Shown here: positions 36,012 through 46,875 of the stretch, piece by piece
How the letters are laid out: each line of letters begins with the position of its first letter
How positions within the stretch are numbered: the first letter of the stretch is position 1
Sequence record: PZ379545.1
DNA length: 52,467 nucleotides
DNA from: a phage
Direction: 5' to 3' (one strand)
Program-made: the position numbers and the translations under genes
The notes under the pieces: model-generated
Database searches by the model: none
What the model saw: only the letters and a program-made list of their open reading frames with translations
Told to the model about the DNA's origin: nothing

Positions 36012-36470
36012 ATGGCTTGTGAACTTCGTCAACGCGAGTTACAGGCCGACTCTGGTGATGTAGTCTTGGTTGGTACTCGTCAATTGGGTGCCAGCCAAGC
36101 TCTTGACCTTCAAGTCGAGCTTGTTCAGAAACTCGGAACTTCAATCTTCCCATTCGTTGAGAATAAATATAACTTTGCAGACATTATTTATCTGATGCAG
36201 CAAGGTGGGACGAGCAATGAAGTAACAGAATTAATTAAACGTGTAGTGTGTATGGCAACCATTGATGGTGTCGAAGTTACTCCACGCACTATGCAGATGA
36301 AATACAACGGCAACTTGATGCTCATGCACCATGTGTTTGCATTTGTTTTGGAATCGAACTTCCTTGATTTTTTCAAGCAAGGGCTCGAACTCAACGAACG
36401 CAGACGATTGGAGGCGGTGGAAGCATCCAAGATGGCCGAGCAGAAGAATTCGAGTCCGGAAACGATTTAA
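36012..36470 (+). CDS. Tail assembly chaperone (putative)
   Basis: 152-aa ORF between tube and tape measure genes. Confidence 0.5.
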   Translation: MACELRQRELQADSGDVVLVGTRQLGASQALDLQVELVQKLGTSIFPFVENKYNFADIIYLMQQGGTSNEVTELIKRVVCMATIDGVEVTPRTMQMKYNGNLMLMHHVFAFVLESNFLDFFKQGLELNERRRLEAVEASKMAEQKNSSPETI

Positions 36471-36638
36471 CTGCAAAGTTCCCGGAAATAAGATACTTCT
36501 TGCACCGTCCTGTAATAGAGGACAGTTCACTCTGTTCTCTTAAAGAGTTACAAGATGGGACCTACTCTATTATGGATTTGTTGACCTTCCACGCAATACT
36601 TGATTTGCGTAATGAATTAAAACCTAAAGAAGAAGACA

Positions 36639-39600
36639 ATGGCTAATAACTTAAAAGATTTAATGAGAATGTCTGAAGCCGAATTGATTGGCTTGGGTGC
36701 TCAATATGGTCTGTCATTCAATCCAGGTATGCGCAAACGAGATATGGCACAGCAACTTGAATCAAGTGCTGCCTCTGGTTGGATGGAAACAAATTCACAG
36801 CTTATGGAAGAAACCTATACAGAAGATGATGGCATCTCTTATGGCACTTCCGACATGATTTCAGACTCAGCCCATATCGCACAAATGATTTCTGGTGCTG
36901 GGCTGACTGAAACATTTCATGCTGCAATGAACGGTCCAAGTCACCATGTAGAAGCTGTACATGCCTACATGGAGAAACTAGGTGTGTCCACCGATGATGT
37001 GTGGATGCACATGCCTAAAGCAAACCCAAACAAGCCGGAAGGGCATTGGGGAACGCTTAATGCGTACATGCGTGATACGCTGGCAGGTCATCAAGATATA
37101 ATGCCGGAACTTCCTGGACATTATACAGGTGACATTATGGGCGAATACTCTACAAACCGTGGAGATATTGCCAAATCTATGGGCTACCTTGCTCATATGT
37201 ATGTTGACCGTCAACAATATGACGACCCAGACCGCTATGCACGAGATGTTTATCGTGTAGCCAAACGTTTAGAATCAGAATTACCGCAAAACTTCCGTGA
37301 AGTTGCTGCCGTATCTGCAATGAATGTAGGTAATAAGTCGGGGCCGAGAGTTTCATACATGGATTCATTGCCGCAACTTGGCTCAGAATCTATTGTTGGT
37401 GATATTCAGCATCCTCGACAACCTCTTAACGCATCTGGCCTACCATTAGGTTCTATGGGTTCTGGCATTAAGCCCGAATATTCTTTATCTGCATCCCTTT
37501 CTGGTTCTCCAGGTTGGTCTGATGCAAGTAAATCGCTGTACCAAGATGTATCTGGTGTGGTTAAGTCTGCTGCACAGGTATATGCTGGTGGTTCAGAACG
37601 AGGAATGAATGCATATCGTACTCAATCCTCTGACCGAGATTTAATTCTTGACTCCGCTTCTCGTTATACAGACCTTGCAGATGCTCGCTCTGGTTATGAC
37701 AACCTCAAGAAAGATATTGGGGATGACCCTCGTTACTCTGGTGCATCAATTCGTAGTGTTCTTGAAAATGCTCACCAGTATAATGAGGCAGAAGTAAGCA
37801 AGACATTTGACCCTGCTGAACGTTTAAGAAATACTGGACCTACTGAACTCAGTACATCCAATGAGTTTACGGCAAATCTAAATGAACCGACAAGTTGGAA
37901 TTCTGCAAGGGATAGAAGAGAGTCTATTGCTATTGCAAATCTCGATAGTGCTGGTGCTGGACAGCCTAGTTCGGTTAAATACCACAATGCACTCGAACAA
38001 GGTACGCAGGAGTGGCTTGATTTTCGTAAGCAGTACGATATTACTGGCTCTACTATTGGTGATTATCTGGGCCACAACCCCGCAACCAATAATAGCCCAA
38101 TACATACAATGGGCGAGAAGATTGGCCTCACAGTAAGAAAGGATTCTCCACGAGCACGTGAGAACTTTGAGCGTGGTCATAGGCTGGAAGCATGGGCCAG
38201 GCCAAGAGTTGGTGAGAAGTACGGGGTTGAGATAACCGAAACTGGCGCAATCACTAACGATAACTATCCTGGCATGATGTACTCGCCAGATGGATTAATT
38301 GGTGATGACGCTCTGTGGGAACATAAGGCTCCAAACAACTTTAAAGATTTGGAATCAACTCCCAACTACATGGACCAGATGCAACTTGGTATGCATTTGA
38401 GTGGTCGTAGTCGTACCCTGTTTACCCAAACTGTTGGCGAAGAATCTCGTAGCCAGTGGGTCGATGCTGACCCAACGTGGTTCGAACGTAACAAGAATAA
38501 GATTGCATCCTCACAAGCACGCATGAATGCTGGTCGTGAGTTTATGGAAAGCTCTGACCTTGAAGGCAAAGACCTTATTAATGCAACTCGTGAAGTTATG
38601 TCCGGTGGTGGCATCTGGGGATACCAAACTCGTGACCACAGAGATGGTGAAGGGTACACGGCTGGTAAGCGTGGAATGGCAAAGTACAGTGCTGCTGCTG
38701 GCACTGATGATGACCCGTTCTTAAGAAACCGTACCGATGCTGGGATTGGTGCTGCTACAGCCTCTGCTGTTGGCGCTGATAGCACAACTGGCAATGACCT
38801 GATGGCTGTGTCGGTTAAGAAAGGTATCCTCGCAGCACAGGAAGAAAACAAACTTCGTGGTCAGGATGCAGATTTCGGTGGTGGCGACAGTGGGCGCTCA
38901 GGCGGCTTCTGGGACAACATTGATGCTAGTAGCTATGGTATTAGTGGTGGCGGTTCTGGTGGCGGTGGTGGACGTCGTGGGTGGCAAGCTGGTGGCAGCT
39001 TCGGTGATGACTTTGGTCGAATGGGTGGGGCATTAGCTGCTGGCGTAGCTGGTGGCAGTATTGGCTCTTTATCCAATGGCGCTATGAATGCCATGATGAT
39101 GACTCCGTGGGGTCGTGTCGCTGGTATGGCTATTGGAGCTACCCAAATTGGTAACGAAGCTCTGGAAGGTCTGAATGACTTCTATGGTAACTCGTTAGAT
39201 GCTGGTGTGAACAATCCTAACGCATACTCTTCCATGACTCAGGGCTTGGAGATGTTAGGACTCAATTCACAACAAGCCAACCGGCTGAATCAAACCACAC
39301 ATAGTGCCTACAATACCCTGCTAAATGGCGACCCCAGCGGCGCTGTGAACATTGTTCAGGGAACCCGTGGCCTTATCACAATTGGCGACATTCGTGCGGC
39401 ACAGGGCGACCCTGTGGCCTTAGCGCGGGTCATGCGTGAACGTGGTCAGGAACGGGGCTGGAGTCAGGCTCGTATAGCTGGTGCAATGCAAATGGCTGGC
39501 CTGGACGGTATGGCTCGTGCCTATGACCGTACAGAATACAGCATGGGCGAGGCTGAGGCGAACGTTCAGCGTGGGGCTGACTCAAACTATGCCGAAGGCG

Positions 39601-40328
39601 TTGCACAGCTAGGAATCGCGCAGACGGAGCGTGCTGGCGTACTGCCTGGTTACGCTGTTCCGCAAGCTGCAATCTCATACGGAAGCACCTTTATTGAGGC
39701 AGGCGGTGACGCAGCCAGAGTGATGCGTGTGGCCTCCAACGGTACAGCCGATGCAGCACGTAATGTTTACGACTTTATCGCAGGAGAAGAGTCAGGGAAC
39801 CGCGATTTGAACGCAGATGGTTCGGTGGTTACATCGCCAACTGGTGCTAAAGGTCGTATGCAGGTTCTTGATTCAACTTCCCGTGACCCTGGCTTTGGTG
39901 TTCGTCCTGCCAAAGATAACTCACTGGAAGAACGTGCTCGCGTTGGTCGTGACTACTATGATGCAATGCTCAAGCGATATAATGGTGACGCAGAGAAGGC
40001 TATGGCTGCGTATACTGATGGTGCCGGAACTGTTGATGATGCTATCAATAAGCACGGAACTGATTGGCTCAATGCTGTTCCTTTGCAGGCTCAGAATCGT
40101 GTCAAGAAATATCGTGAGTGGGCTAATCAGGGTGATGCAATTGTTGAGGGTGCTGCTGGCTTTACACGTAATGGATTGTCTTATGGACAAACACAACCAA
40201 CCGTGGTTAACGTGGAAGTTAAGGCAACCGTAAACAACAAGCAAGCCTCTGCAACCGTATCAACTCCAAATGGACAAACTGTTACCCAAACAATCAACAT
40301 GGGCAATGGTGCAATGGAACGCAGGTAA
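36639..40328 (+). CDS. Tail tape measure protein with Gly-rich segment and C-terminal lytic transglycosylase (SLT-like) domain
   Basis: 1229 aa; Gly-rich stretch (GGGSGGGGGRRGW...); SLT-like IAGEESGNRDL...GAKGRMQVLDSTSRDPGFG near the C-terminus. Confidence 0.7.
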   Translation: MANNLKDLMRMSEAELIGLGAQYGLSFNPGMRKRDMAQQLESSAASGWMETNSQLMEETYTEDDGISYGTSDMISDSAHIAQMISGAGLTETFHAAMNGPSHHVEAVHAYMEKLGVSTDDVWMHMPKANPNKPEGHWGTLNAYMRDTLAGHQDIMPELPGHYTGDIMGEYSTNRGDIAKSMGYLAHMYVDRQQYDDPDRYARDVYRVAKRLESELPQNFREVAAVSAMNVGNKSGPRVSYMDSLPQLGSESIVGDIQHPRQPLNASGLPLGSMGSGIKPEYSLSASLSGSPGWSDASKSLYQDVSGVVKSAAQVYAGGSERGMNAYRTQSSDRDLILDSASRYTDLADARSGYDNLKKDIGDDPRYSGASIRSVLENAHQYNEAEVSKTFDPAERLRNTGPTELSTSNEFTANLNEPTSWNSARDRRESIAIANLDSAGAGQPSSVKYHNALEQGTQEWLDFRKQYDITGSTIGDYLGHNPATNNSPIHTMGEKIGLTVRKDSPRARENFERGHRLEAWARPRVGEKYGVEITETGAITNDNYPGMMYSPDGLIGDDALWEHKAPNNFKDLESTPNYMDQMQLGMHLSGRSRTLFTQTVGEESRSQWVDADPTWFERNKNKIASSQARMNAGREFMESSDLEGKDLINATREVMSGGGIWGYQTRDHRDGEGYTAGKRGMAKYSAAAGTDDDPFLRNRTDAGIGAATASAVGADSTTGNDLMAVSVKKGILAAQEENKLRGQDADFGGGDSGRSGGFWDNIDASSYGISGGGSGGGGGRRGWQAGGSFGDDFGRMGGALAAGVAGGSIGSLSNGAMNAMMMTPWGRVAGMAIGATQIGNEALEGLNDFYGNSLDAGVNNPNAYSSMTQGLEMLGLNSQQANRLNQTTHSAYNTLLNGDPSGAVNIVQGTRGLITIGDIRAAQGDPVALARVMRERGQERGWSQARIAGAMQMAGLDGMARAYDRTEYSMGEAEANVQRGADSNYAEGVAQLGIAQTERAGVLPGYAVPQAAISYGSTFIEAGGDAARVMRVASNGTADAARNVYDFIAGEESGNRDLNADGSVVTSPTGAKGRMQVLDSTSRDPGFGVRPAKDNSLEERARVGRDYYDAMLKRYNGDAEKAMAAYTDGAGTVDDAINKHGTDWLNAVPLQAQNRVKKYREWANQGDAIVEGAAGFTRNGLSYGQTQPTVVNVEVKATVNNKQASATVSTPNGQTVTQTINMGNGAMERR

Positions 40329-40335
40329 GAATGGT

Positions 40336-40353
40336 GCCGGGATTCGTCTCGGC
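40336..40353 (+). terminator. Hairpin after the tape measure gene (GCCGGGA-N-TCTCGGC)
   Basis: GC-rich stem just past the stop; followed by a promoter-like motif. Confidence 0.4.
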
Positions 40354-40365
40354 TACCTCTTTAAT

Positions 40366-40380
40366 ATTAGTTGAACATGT
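40366..40380 (+). promoter_or_regulatory. Promoter-like motif variant (ATTAGTTGAACATGT) upstream of the baseplate genes
   Basis: Partial match to the recurring motif. Confidence 0.3.
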
Positions 40381-40403
40381 ATTAATTTCAATAGGTGTAT
40401 AAC

Positions 40404-41501
40404 ATGCCGTGGATGCGTGGTATAGAGATAGTTGTCTCTCGTAAGGATGACCCTGAAACTAAGTCTGTGTTTAAAGCACACAAGATTGATTTCACCATCC
40501 GGTCAACTGTTGGTTGGCCTGCTGACACTGCCGACATTACTCTATACAACCTGGGCGTTGATGAAGTGAAGTTCCTTCAAGACAAGTCCTATGGTGATAT
40601 GTATATTGAAATTCGTGCAGGATATTTCGAAGACGAGCGTGGAGTAAACGCTGGTCACAGTAAGTACCAAAGTCCAGAACAGGCTGATTCAGAAGTAAGG
40701 ATTGAAATTGGTCCTAAACTTCCTACAATCTTTTCTGGCATAGTTACAAACGCAGTTGGATTCAGACGTCCTCCAGAACATGTAACACAATTGTTTTGCA
40801 TTTCCAAAGCATATGGTGCATCAACCGAATTCACTCAAATGAATGATATTCCAAACGGTGCAACTCTTGAGGATGCTATTCGTTCAATGTGTGCTGATTA
40901 TGGGTTCTCTACAATTTCATCTTTTGGTGTTGAAGAATCTGTTTTCAAATCTGTTCTTAAACTTGGGCGTGTATTTCATGACACATTCTTGGAAGAGTTC
41001 AGAACCCTTCTTGGTGAATACAACCTTCTGTTCTCTGTAACCACTGGTGAGATTCAAATCTTCCCAGATACCTACGGAAATAAAGATGCCGTAGATAGAA
41101 TGTCGAAAGACCGTGAGCCAATCAAGCTGGATGCCAACCAAGTTATAGGCAACCCGATTGCTGGCATTGCAACATACTCATTGAACACATTCTTGAATGC
41201 AAGTTATCAACCAGGAATGATTCTCGATGTATCTCCACTGTTGGGAGAGCAACTGCTTGCAAATGGTGTAACATCTGTTACCGGAAAGGGTGTAGTTCTT
41301 AACACAGACCAGAGTGTATTCCGCTGGGCTATGGAAGATAAATACTTCATTACAGAAGTTGTTCATCATGGCTCAACCCATGAAACTGTCTTCCAGACTA
41401 CCATCACAGCAATGCTTGGTGGCAATACTGCAATGGGCGGTAAAGAAGCTGCCTGGCAGCAAATGTATTTAAACAGTGGAATGGCGATGGAGTCTTTCTA
41501 A
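40404..41501 (+). CDS. Tail / baseplate-associated protein (putative)
   Basis: 365 aa, ATG 40404 after AGGTG; first gene after the tape measure. Confidence 0.55.
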   Translation: MPWMRGIEIVVSRKDDPETKSVFKAHKIDFTIRSTVGWPADTADITLYNLGVDEVKFLQDKSYGDMYIEIRAGYFEDERGVNAGHSKYQSPEQADSEVRIEIGPKLPTIFSGIVTNAVGFRRPPEHVTQLFCISKAYGASTEFTQMNDIPNGATLEDAIRSMCADYGFSTISSFGVEESVFKSVLKLGRVFHDTFLEEFRTLLGEYNLLFSVTTGEIQIFPDTYGNKDAVDRMSKDREPIKLDANQVIGNPIAGIATYSLNTFLNASYQPGMILDVSPLLGEQLLANGVTSVTGKGVVLNTDQSVFRWAMEDKYFITEVVHHGSTHETVFQTTITAMLGGNTAMGGKEAAWQQMYLNSGMAMESF

Positions 41502-42403
41502 TGGCATTAATAGATACAAGTTTGTTGGGTGATGGAATCTCCGCACTCACAAAATCTTTTAGTTATGGACATAACCCGTCTGTAATTATGTGGTCAAATG
41601 GGCCAGTTGCACAGAAGGAAGATGAAGGACTGTTTGGCAAAGCCTTTGGTGGAATTGCCAAGACTCTCGAATCGTTGGTTACTTCCGATGCACCAGAAAG
41701 TTTCAACTCTTTCAAGTTTGATGCAATGGTTAGTGAAGAGCATGATGCGCAATCCACTGTTACAAAGTTCCCTGTAAGTTCTGGGTTCCTTGTCAGTGAC
41801 CACATCATAAAACATAACCGAGTCCTTAAGTTAACTGCTGTTGCTTCCAACATGCAGAACTCCTCCATGTGGACTGCATCGGTACAAGGTTTATCTGTTG
41901 CAACTGGTGCAATCTTTAATAACCCAATCATACCAATCTTAGGCTCTGCTGCTGGTGCTGTTGCTTCTGCATTCGAAACAAGCAACCGAATCCAGTCTAC
42001 CTACGAATTGTTCAATGGCTTTCGGGCAAACGGAACCAAGCTATACATCTCTACGATTGTTGGGCCTTATTTGAATTGCGTGGTTACAGGCATTCGAACC
42101 AAAACCGACAAGATGACTTCTGCAATATTGGCTGTTGAAATCACAGTAGAAGAGCTGCAAGTTATCGGAGAAGATACGCTCGCGATTGAAGCCCGTAAGG
42201 CAATGCAATCAATGACAGACTATTCAGAGTTTGCAAAGATTGCACAGAGTGCTGGAATAGGTGCTCTTGGTGGTGCTGGCATTTCTCTTCCTGGGTTGGG
42301 TGCTGTTGGTGCATCTGCCGTAAGTCAGCTTGGAACTTTGAAAGATAAGTTAGCCAAGTTGGATTCACCATTATCCTCGGTTAAAGGAAGATTGTTCAAA
42401 TGA
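41501..42403 (+). CDS. Tail / baseplate protein (putative)
   Basis: 300 aa with Gly/Ala-rich C-terminal region; TAATG coupling. Confidence 0.55.
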   Translation: MALIDTSLLGDGISALTKSFSYGHNPSVIMWSNGPVAQKEDEGLFGKAFGGIAKTLESLVTSDAPESFNSFKFDAMVSEEHDAQSTVTKFPVSSGFLVSDHIIKHNRVLKLTAVASNMQNSSMWTASVQGLSVATGAIFNNPIIPILGSAAGAVASAFETSNRIQSTYELFNGFRANGTKLYISTIVGPYLNCVVTGIRTKTDKMTSAILAVEITVEELQVIGEDTLAIEARKAMQSMTDYSEFAKIAQSAGIGALGGAGISLPGLGAVGASAVSQLGTLKDKLAKLDSPLSSVKGRLFK

Positions 42404-42762
42404 CAGAACAACAGGCAATGCAAGAAATCATGTCCCTACTTCCTCCGGGATATGTTAAGACAGTTCCGTTCGATATATCTAAAGATGTATCATTCGAATT
42501 CCGTGGCGTAACTGTCAAAATGTCTGCACTATATTTAAACGAGTATTTGAACTGCTACATGTTTGACCTCGCTTGGGGTTCTTCGAACAAGATTTATGGA
42601 ATCCCGATGCGAGGTGGTATTGATATTCTCAAGCAATATAAGACACCACTCCCAAACATGTATGTAACGAATACTGTAAGCCCAGGCGAAGAGATATATA
42701 CTTGGCGACAAATGTTTCTCTTCATTGTAGACGAGAGTGTACTAGAACGTGGCGAGTCATAA
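42400..42762 (+). CDS. Baseplate assembly protein (putative)
   Basis: 120-aa ORF with ATGA coupling. Confidence 0.5.
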   Translation: MTEQQAMQEIMSLLPPGYVKTVPFDISKDVSFEFRGVTVKMSALYLNEYLNCYMFDLAWGSSNKIYGIPMRGGIDILKQYKTPLPNMYVTNTVSPGEEIYTWRQMFLFIVDESVLERGES

Positions 42763-43525
42763 TAATGATGTAAAGTCTGCAACTGTTAATACAGGATACC
42801 CAGGCCATATATATAACTTCGATGCAGCAACTCAAACTTGTGAGGTGCAACTAGCTATCGAGAATCTCTTCACAGGTTACTCAGAAGCATACACGCTTGA
42901 GAAGAAGAAAAGAATCCGCAACGTTCCTGTTCAATTTATTCAGGGAGGTGGCTGGAGTCTTACGCATCCTGTGCCAGACGGAACACCATGCTATGTACAT
43001 TTTGCACAGCGTGGTATTGAGCATTGGCTGGCTGACAATAGTGATTCTGCCGGAATGATTGGTGGAAGACCTGCACCAGCATTTAGCCAACTGTTCTCCC
43101 ACAACTCTGCCGTATGTATCATCGGTACTCAACCTATTCCGGCTGCTATACCAGGATTCAATGGCGGTGTTGCAGAACTCCGCAATGCCACTCGTGACCA
43201 ACGTCTCACACTCCATGGTGATGGTAAAGTCGAATTAATAACTGGTGCTGCCAAGATTACAATCACGAAAGATTCGGAGATTCAAATTGAGGTTACAGCA
43301 CAAGCGACAGTTAAGGCACCGCAGATTACATTGGATGGCGACACGACAGTTACCAAGTCACTCACAGTGCTTGGGGGAATGTCTGTATCCGGTGGCTCCA
43401 GTGGTGGAACAATGTCAATCACAGGCGACATGGTTCAACAAGGTTCGTTCACCATTAACGGAATCAAAGTTGATGGACACGTTCACTCTAACCCAGAAGG
43501 CGGCAAAGTAGGGCCGATGGAATAA
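42749..43525 (+). CDS. Baseplate central spike (gpV-like, putative)
   Basis: 258 aa; C-terminal repetitive beta-rich segment (KITITKDSEIQIEVTAQATVKAPQITLDGDTTVTKSLTVLGG...); GTG start. Confidence 0.5.
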   Translation: MASHNNDVKSATVNTGYPGHIYNFDAATQTCEVQLAIENLFTGYSEAYTLEKKKRIRNVPVQFIQGGGWSLTHPVPDGTPCYVHFAQRGIEHWLADNSDSAGMIGGRPAPAFSQLFSHNSAVCIIGTQPIPAAIPGFNGGVAELRNATRDQRLTLHGDGKVELITGAAKITITKDSEIQIEVTAQATVKAPQITLDGDTTVTKSLTVLGGMSVSGGSSGGTMSITGDMVQQGSFTINGIKVDGHVHSNPEGGKVGPME

Positions 43526-43896
43526 TGGCTGGAAACTTACTCCTTGATTCTAACCACGACATAATTATTGGTCGTGGTGCTACCAGGGTGGGTGGTGTTG
43601 AAGAAGTTAGTCAAATCGTAAAGTGCAGACTCTTAACAGTGTTTGGTGAATGGAAACATGACACCTCTGTTGGTCTGCCTTGGTTTGACGGCATCTTCAC
43701 CAAAACCGTTCGAACTGCTGATATTGAGGCTGCTGTTGCCAATGTCATTCGAAGCACTCCTGGTGTACAACAACTTATCTCCATAACAATTGACACAGAC
43801 TTCCGTGAACGAGAGGTTCGAATATCTTTCGTAGCAATCTCAGATTATGGAAGCCTTGAGGATTACTTAACGTGGCAACAATCCAGTACGGCGTAA
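43525..43896 (+). CDS. Baseplate protein (gpW-like, putative)
   Basis: 123-aa ORF in the baseplate cluster. Confidence 0.45.
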   Translation: MAGNLLLDSNHDIIIGRGATRVGGVEEVSQIVKCRLLTVFGEWKHDTSVGLPWFDGIFTKTVRTADIEAAVANVIRSTPGVQQLISITIDTDFREREVRISFVAISDYGSLEDYLTWQQSSTA

Positions 43897-45026
43897 CTGA
43901 AAACGGGTTTGTCCAAAAGCCTGTTGAGGTAATCGTTAACCACATTAACAACCGATTCCTTAGTGTGTTTGGTTCCAACTTCGACATTAGTCCTGAAGGA
44001 CCAGATGGTCAGGTTATCGGAATCATCTCTGAAGAAATCTCCAAGTGTTGGCAGCAAGCTGAACAAGTGTTCAATGCCTACAGACCTGGCGCAATGCAGA
44101 AGGTTGGTTTGGATAACATCTGTGAACTCACCTTCACCAAACGATTAGTTGATTGGCCTTCTCGTGTAGGTCTTCGCTGTGAAGGGCAGGCTGGTACTCG
44201 TGTCCCTGCTGGTTCAGTTGCCAGTGATGGGACAATGCGATTCGTAACTCAATACGATGTAATCCTTCCAGGCGATGTTACCGCAGTTGCATCCGAGGTT
44301 GGTGAATACTATGTTGCCGCAAACACTGTTAACAAAATTGAAACTCCTGTCGCTGGTTGGGAAACAGTAAACAACCCAGAGATTGGACAAACTGGTGTTG
44401 ACTATGAATCTGACCCAGCACTTCGTATCCGTCGTGACAGAACGACTGCACACACAGGTTCAGCGTTTGTGGAAGCTATTTACGCTGCACTCGCTGACCT
44501 TAATCTTTCTTACATCCGTATTCGTGATAATGATACCGGCGCTCCTATTGGGACTCAGCCTTCGGGTACTGTCTTTGTTGTCGTAGAAGGTGGGACTGCT
44601 GACGAGATTGCTCGACGTATTTATTCTGCAAAGACTGGTGGTGTTCCGACTCATGGGACCACAACTGTTAGTATTTATGACAGTAGAGGTTATCCGCATA
44701 ATGTTAAGTTCAGTCGTCCAGAAGATGCAACCATTTATGTAAGTGGTACATTCAAACGTCGTCCTGGTTCAAACATTAGTTCTAACGATGCTGCTCGCCA
44801 ATTACAGGCAGCAATGATGAATTACATCAATTCATTAAATCCAGGTGATTCTGTTATCTGGTCTGAGTGCTTTAAGCCAATCATGGATGCCACCAATGGT
44901 GTTCAGGTTGACTCATTGTTTATCGGACTAAGTGCAAGTCCTACTGGAATTGCCACTATCGAACTTGATATTGATAAGAAAGCAGAAGCAACAGAAGCGT
45001 CTGTTATATTTACTGAATCCCCATAA
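43872..45026 (+). CDS. Baseplate wedge protein (gpJ-like, putative)
   Basis: 384 aa, GTG start overlapping the upstream gene. Confidence 0.5.
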   Translation: MATIQYGVTENGFVQKPVEVIVNHINNRFLSVFGSNFDISPEGPDGQVIGIISEEISKCWQQAEQVFNAYRPGAMQKVGLDNICELTFTKRLVDWPSRVGLRCEGQAGTRVPAGSVASDGTMRFVTQYDVILPGDVTAVASEVGEYYVAANTVNKIETPVAGWETVNNPEIGQTGVDYESDPALRIRRDRTTAHTGSAFVEAIYAALADLNLSYIRIRDNDTGAPIGTQPSGTVFVVVEGGTADEIARRIYSAKTGGVPTHGTTTVSIYDSRGYPHNVKFSRPEDATIYVSGTFKRRPGSNISSNDAARQLQAAMMNYINSLNPGDSVIWSECFKPIMDATNGVQVDSLFIGLSASPTGIATIELDIDKKAEATEASVIFTESP

Positions 45027-45034
45027 GGTTAATC

Positions 45035-45679
45035 ATGGCTGGTAAATCTGGTTTAGATATGCTGCTAATGCAGTATAGCGATTCTCCAAATCTAAGAGCT
45101 TACATCCAGATTTTCTTGGATGAATTAAAGCTCGTCCAAGATGCCCAAGAAGAGGCTATTAAATATCGCTACCTTGCCGATGCATTTGGCGTAATGGTGG
45201 ATGATATTGCATACCTTGTTGGTGCCAGCCGTACTATCTATGGTGCAGCACCACTTGGGTACTTTGGTTTCTACTCCGACCCAAGTGCATTCCCTGCTGG
45301 CGATGATAATAATCCTGGTGTTGGTGGTGTACTTAAATCCGACAGCGACCGTGACTCTGGCGACTTTGTTCGAACAGATACGCAGCTTAAAGATGCAATA
45401 CGTGCTCGCATAAGAAAGATTGTTGGTAGCTGTACGATAGAAGAACTTATCGTATACGTTGACCTTGTTCTTGGTCGTACTCTGAATCTCGAAATTATAG
45501 AGGGATTCCAGACGTTACACTACCAAATACACAATACACTTTCTGTTGCAGAGAAGGTGTTGTTGGCATACATGCTTCCAGACTTTAAGCCAGTTGGAAT
45601 CTCAATTTCTCTTGCAGACAATGGTGGTGCAATAGACCTACCTTACGTCTCTAAAGTTTATCCTCCGGAGAACCAATGA
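45035..45679 (+). CDS. Baseplate / tail fiber attachment protein (putative)
   Basis: 214-aa ORF immediately before the fiber genes. Confidence 0.5.
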   Translation: MAGKSGLDMLLMQYSDSPNLRAYIQIFLDELKLVQDAQEEAIKYRYLADAFGVMVDDIAYLVGASRTIYGAAPLGYFGFYSDPSAFPAGDDNNPGVGGVLKSDSDRDSGDFVRTDTQLKDAIRARIRKIVGSCTIEELIVYVDLVLGRTLNLEIIEGFQTLHYQIHNTLSVAEKVLLAYMLPDFKPVGISISLADNGGAIDLPYVSKVYPPENQ

Positions 45680-46875
45680 CAAAGCGTTTAAGTTATCCAG
45701 AGTATTGGGCGCAAGATGGTGTTGCACTTGACCCAGACTTAGATACAACAGCACCTTCCTATGTCCCAGACCGCTACGAAACTGTTGGCTGGGAGGCTGA
45801 AAAGCCGCCGGAACAGTGGCAGAACTTCCTTACTCAAATCGGTGATTTGAAGATTAAGGATATGCTCGAAGGTGGGATATTGCAATGGTGCGATACTGTT
45901 ACATACTCGCTTGGTGCTTTTGCCATAGTTGATGGTAAGATTTATAAGAAGCATGAAGAGGTTGCAGGAAACATTAATCCTTCTACGTCTGGAAGTGGTT
46001 GGCAGGAAGTTCTTGAAACAAACCTTGCTGCATATAATGAAAAAGTTCAGTATTTAAAGAACACATTCAATGCGCACATGGCAGAACAGAATCCTCACAA
46101 AGATACTGTCGATACAATTGTTGATGGAACCTACCTCCAAGAGTATGTGTACGACCGCTATGCAAGTGTCGATAGAATCACAACCATTGTGTACCACATG
46201 TCCAGAACTGGCGCTACCGTTCACCGTGTGACTCCAGCACAGCTTGGAACACTTCCAGTAGGAGGTGGTACTTTCACAGGTCCAGTAAGTTTCTTGGAAG
46301 AAGCATATGCTGGTAATGGTGTTTCTCAATATGCCCACCGCAATGATTCTACCGGCATCTTCGAACTTGTTAATGGTACGTTTGCCATTGGTGTTGATAG
46401 TGGTGGCCATGCCTGGTATGTAAGCTCAGCTGGCGCATTTGAGATTATTACCGAAGCAAACTACAACAACTTCAACATCAAGTATGGAAACTCTTTTGCA
46501 CTGCCAGTGCCAATGTTGTTTGCCAACTTCCGTGAAGACATTAACGATGCGGAATCTGTTGGTGTCTGGACTGTTGAAACAACGAACAACCCAGAATTTT
46601 GGTACGGAGGGTTCAAGATTACGGACAACGGCATAACAATGTTTGGTCCCATCCTTAATGTCGATGTAACCATTGTTGCTGCTGTGACTACGGATGAAGT
46701 TGATGTTGTTATGCGCAACGTAAGTGCATCTGGCTTTAACTATCCTGACGGTCTTAATCTTAAGGATTACATAGCCAATACATTGTTCCCAGACAAGAAC
46801 GTTGTGGCGCTTCGATACTTTGCCGTCTACCCAAGACTGTCAACTAACCAACTCTCAATGCTTGCGAGACGATAA
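45676..46875 (+). CDS. Tail fiber protein 1
   Basis: 399 aa; shares NPHK ... TPAQLG.LPVGGGTFTG motif with fiber 2. Confidence 0.6.
   Translation: MTKRLSYPEYWAQDGVALDPDLDTTAPSYVPDRYETVGWEAEKPPEQWQNFLTQIGDLKIKDMLEGGILQWCDTVTYSLGAFAIVDGKIYKKHEEVAGNINPSTSGSGWQEVLETNLAAYNEKVQYLKNTFNAHMAEQNPHKDTVDTIVDGTYLQEYVYDRYASVDRITTIVYHMSRTGATVHRVTPAQLGTLPVGGGTFTGPVSFLEEAYAGNGVSQYAHRNDSTGIFELVNGTFAIGVDSGGHAWYVSSAGAFEIITEANYNNFNIKYGNSFALPVPMLFANFREDINDAESVGVWTVETTNNPEFWYGGFKITDNGITMFGPILNVDVTIVAAVTTDEVDVVMRNVSASGFNYPDGLNLKDYIANTLFPDKNVVALRYFAVYPRLSTNQLSMLARR

Noticed and set aside
36331-36646. Possible frameshifted extension of the tail assembly chaperone (70-aa ORF in another frame and a 24-aa ORF overlapping the tape measure start)
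   Set aside because: The 70-aa ORF needs a +1 rather than a -1 shift and I found no slippery heptamer; the 24-aa ORF is too short to judge. Left unannotated, though a chaperone frameshift remains possible.
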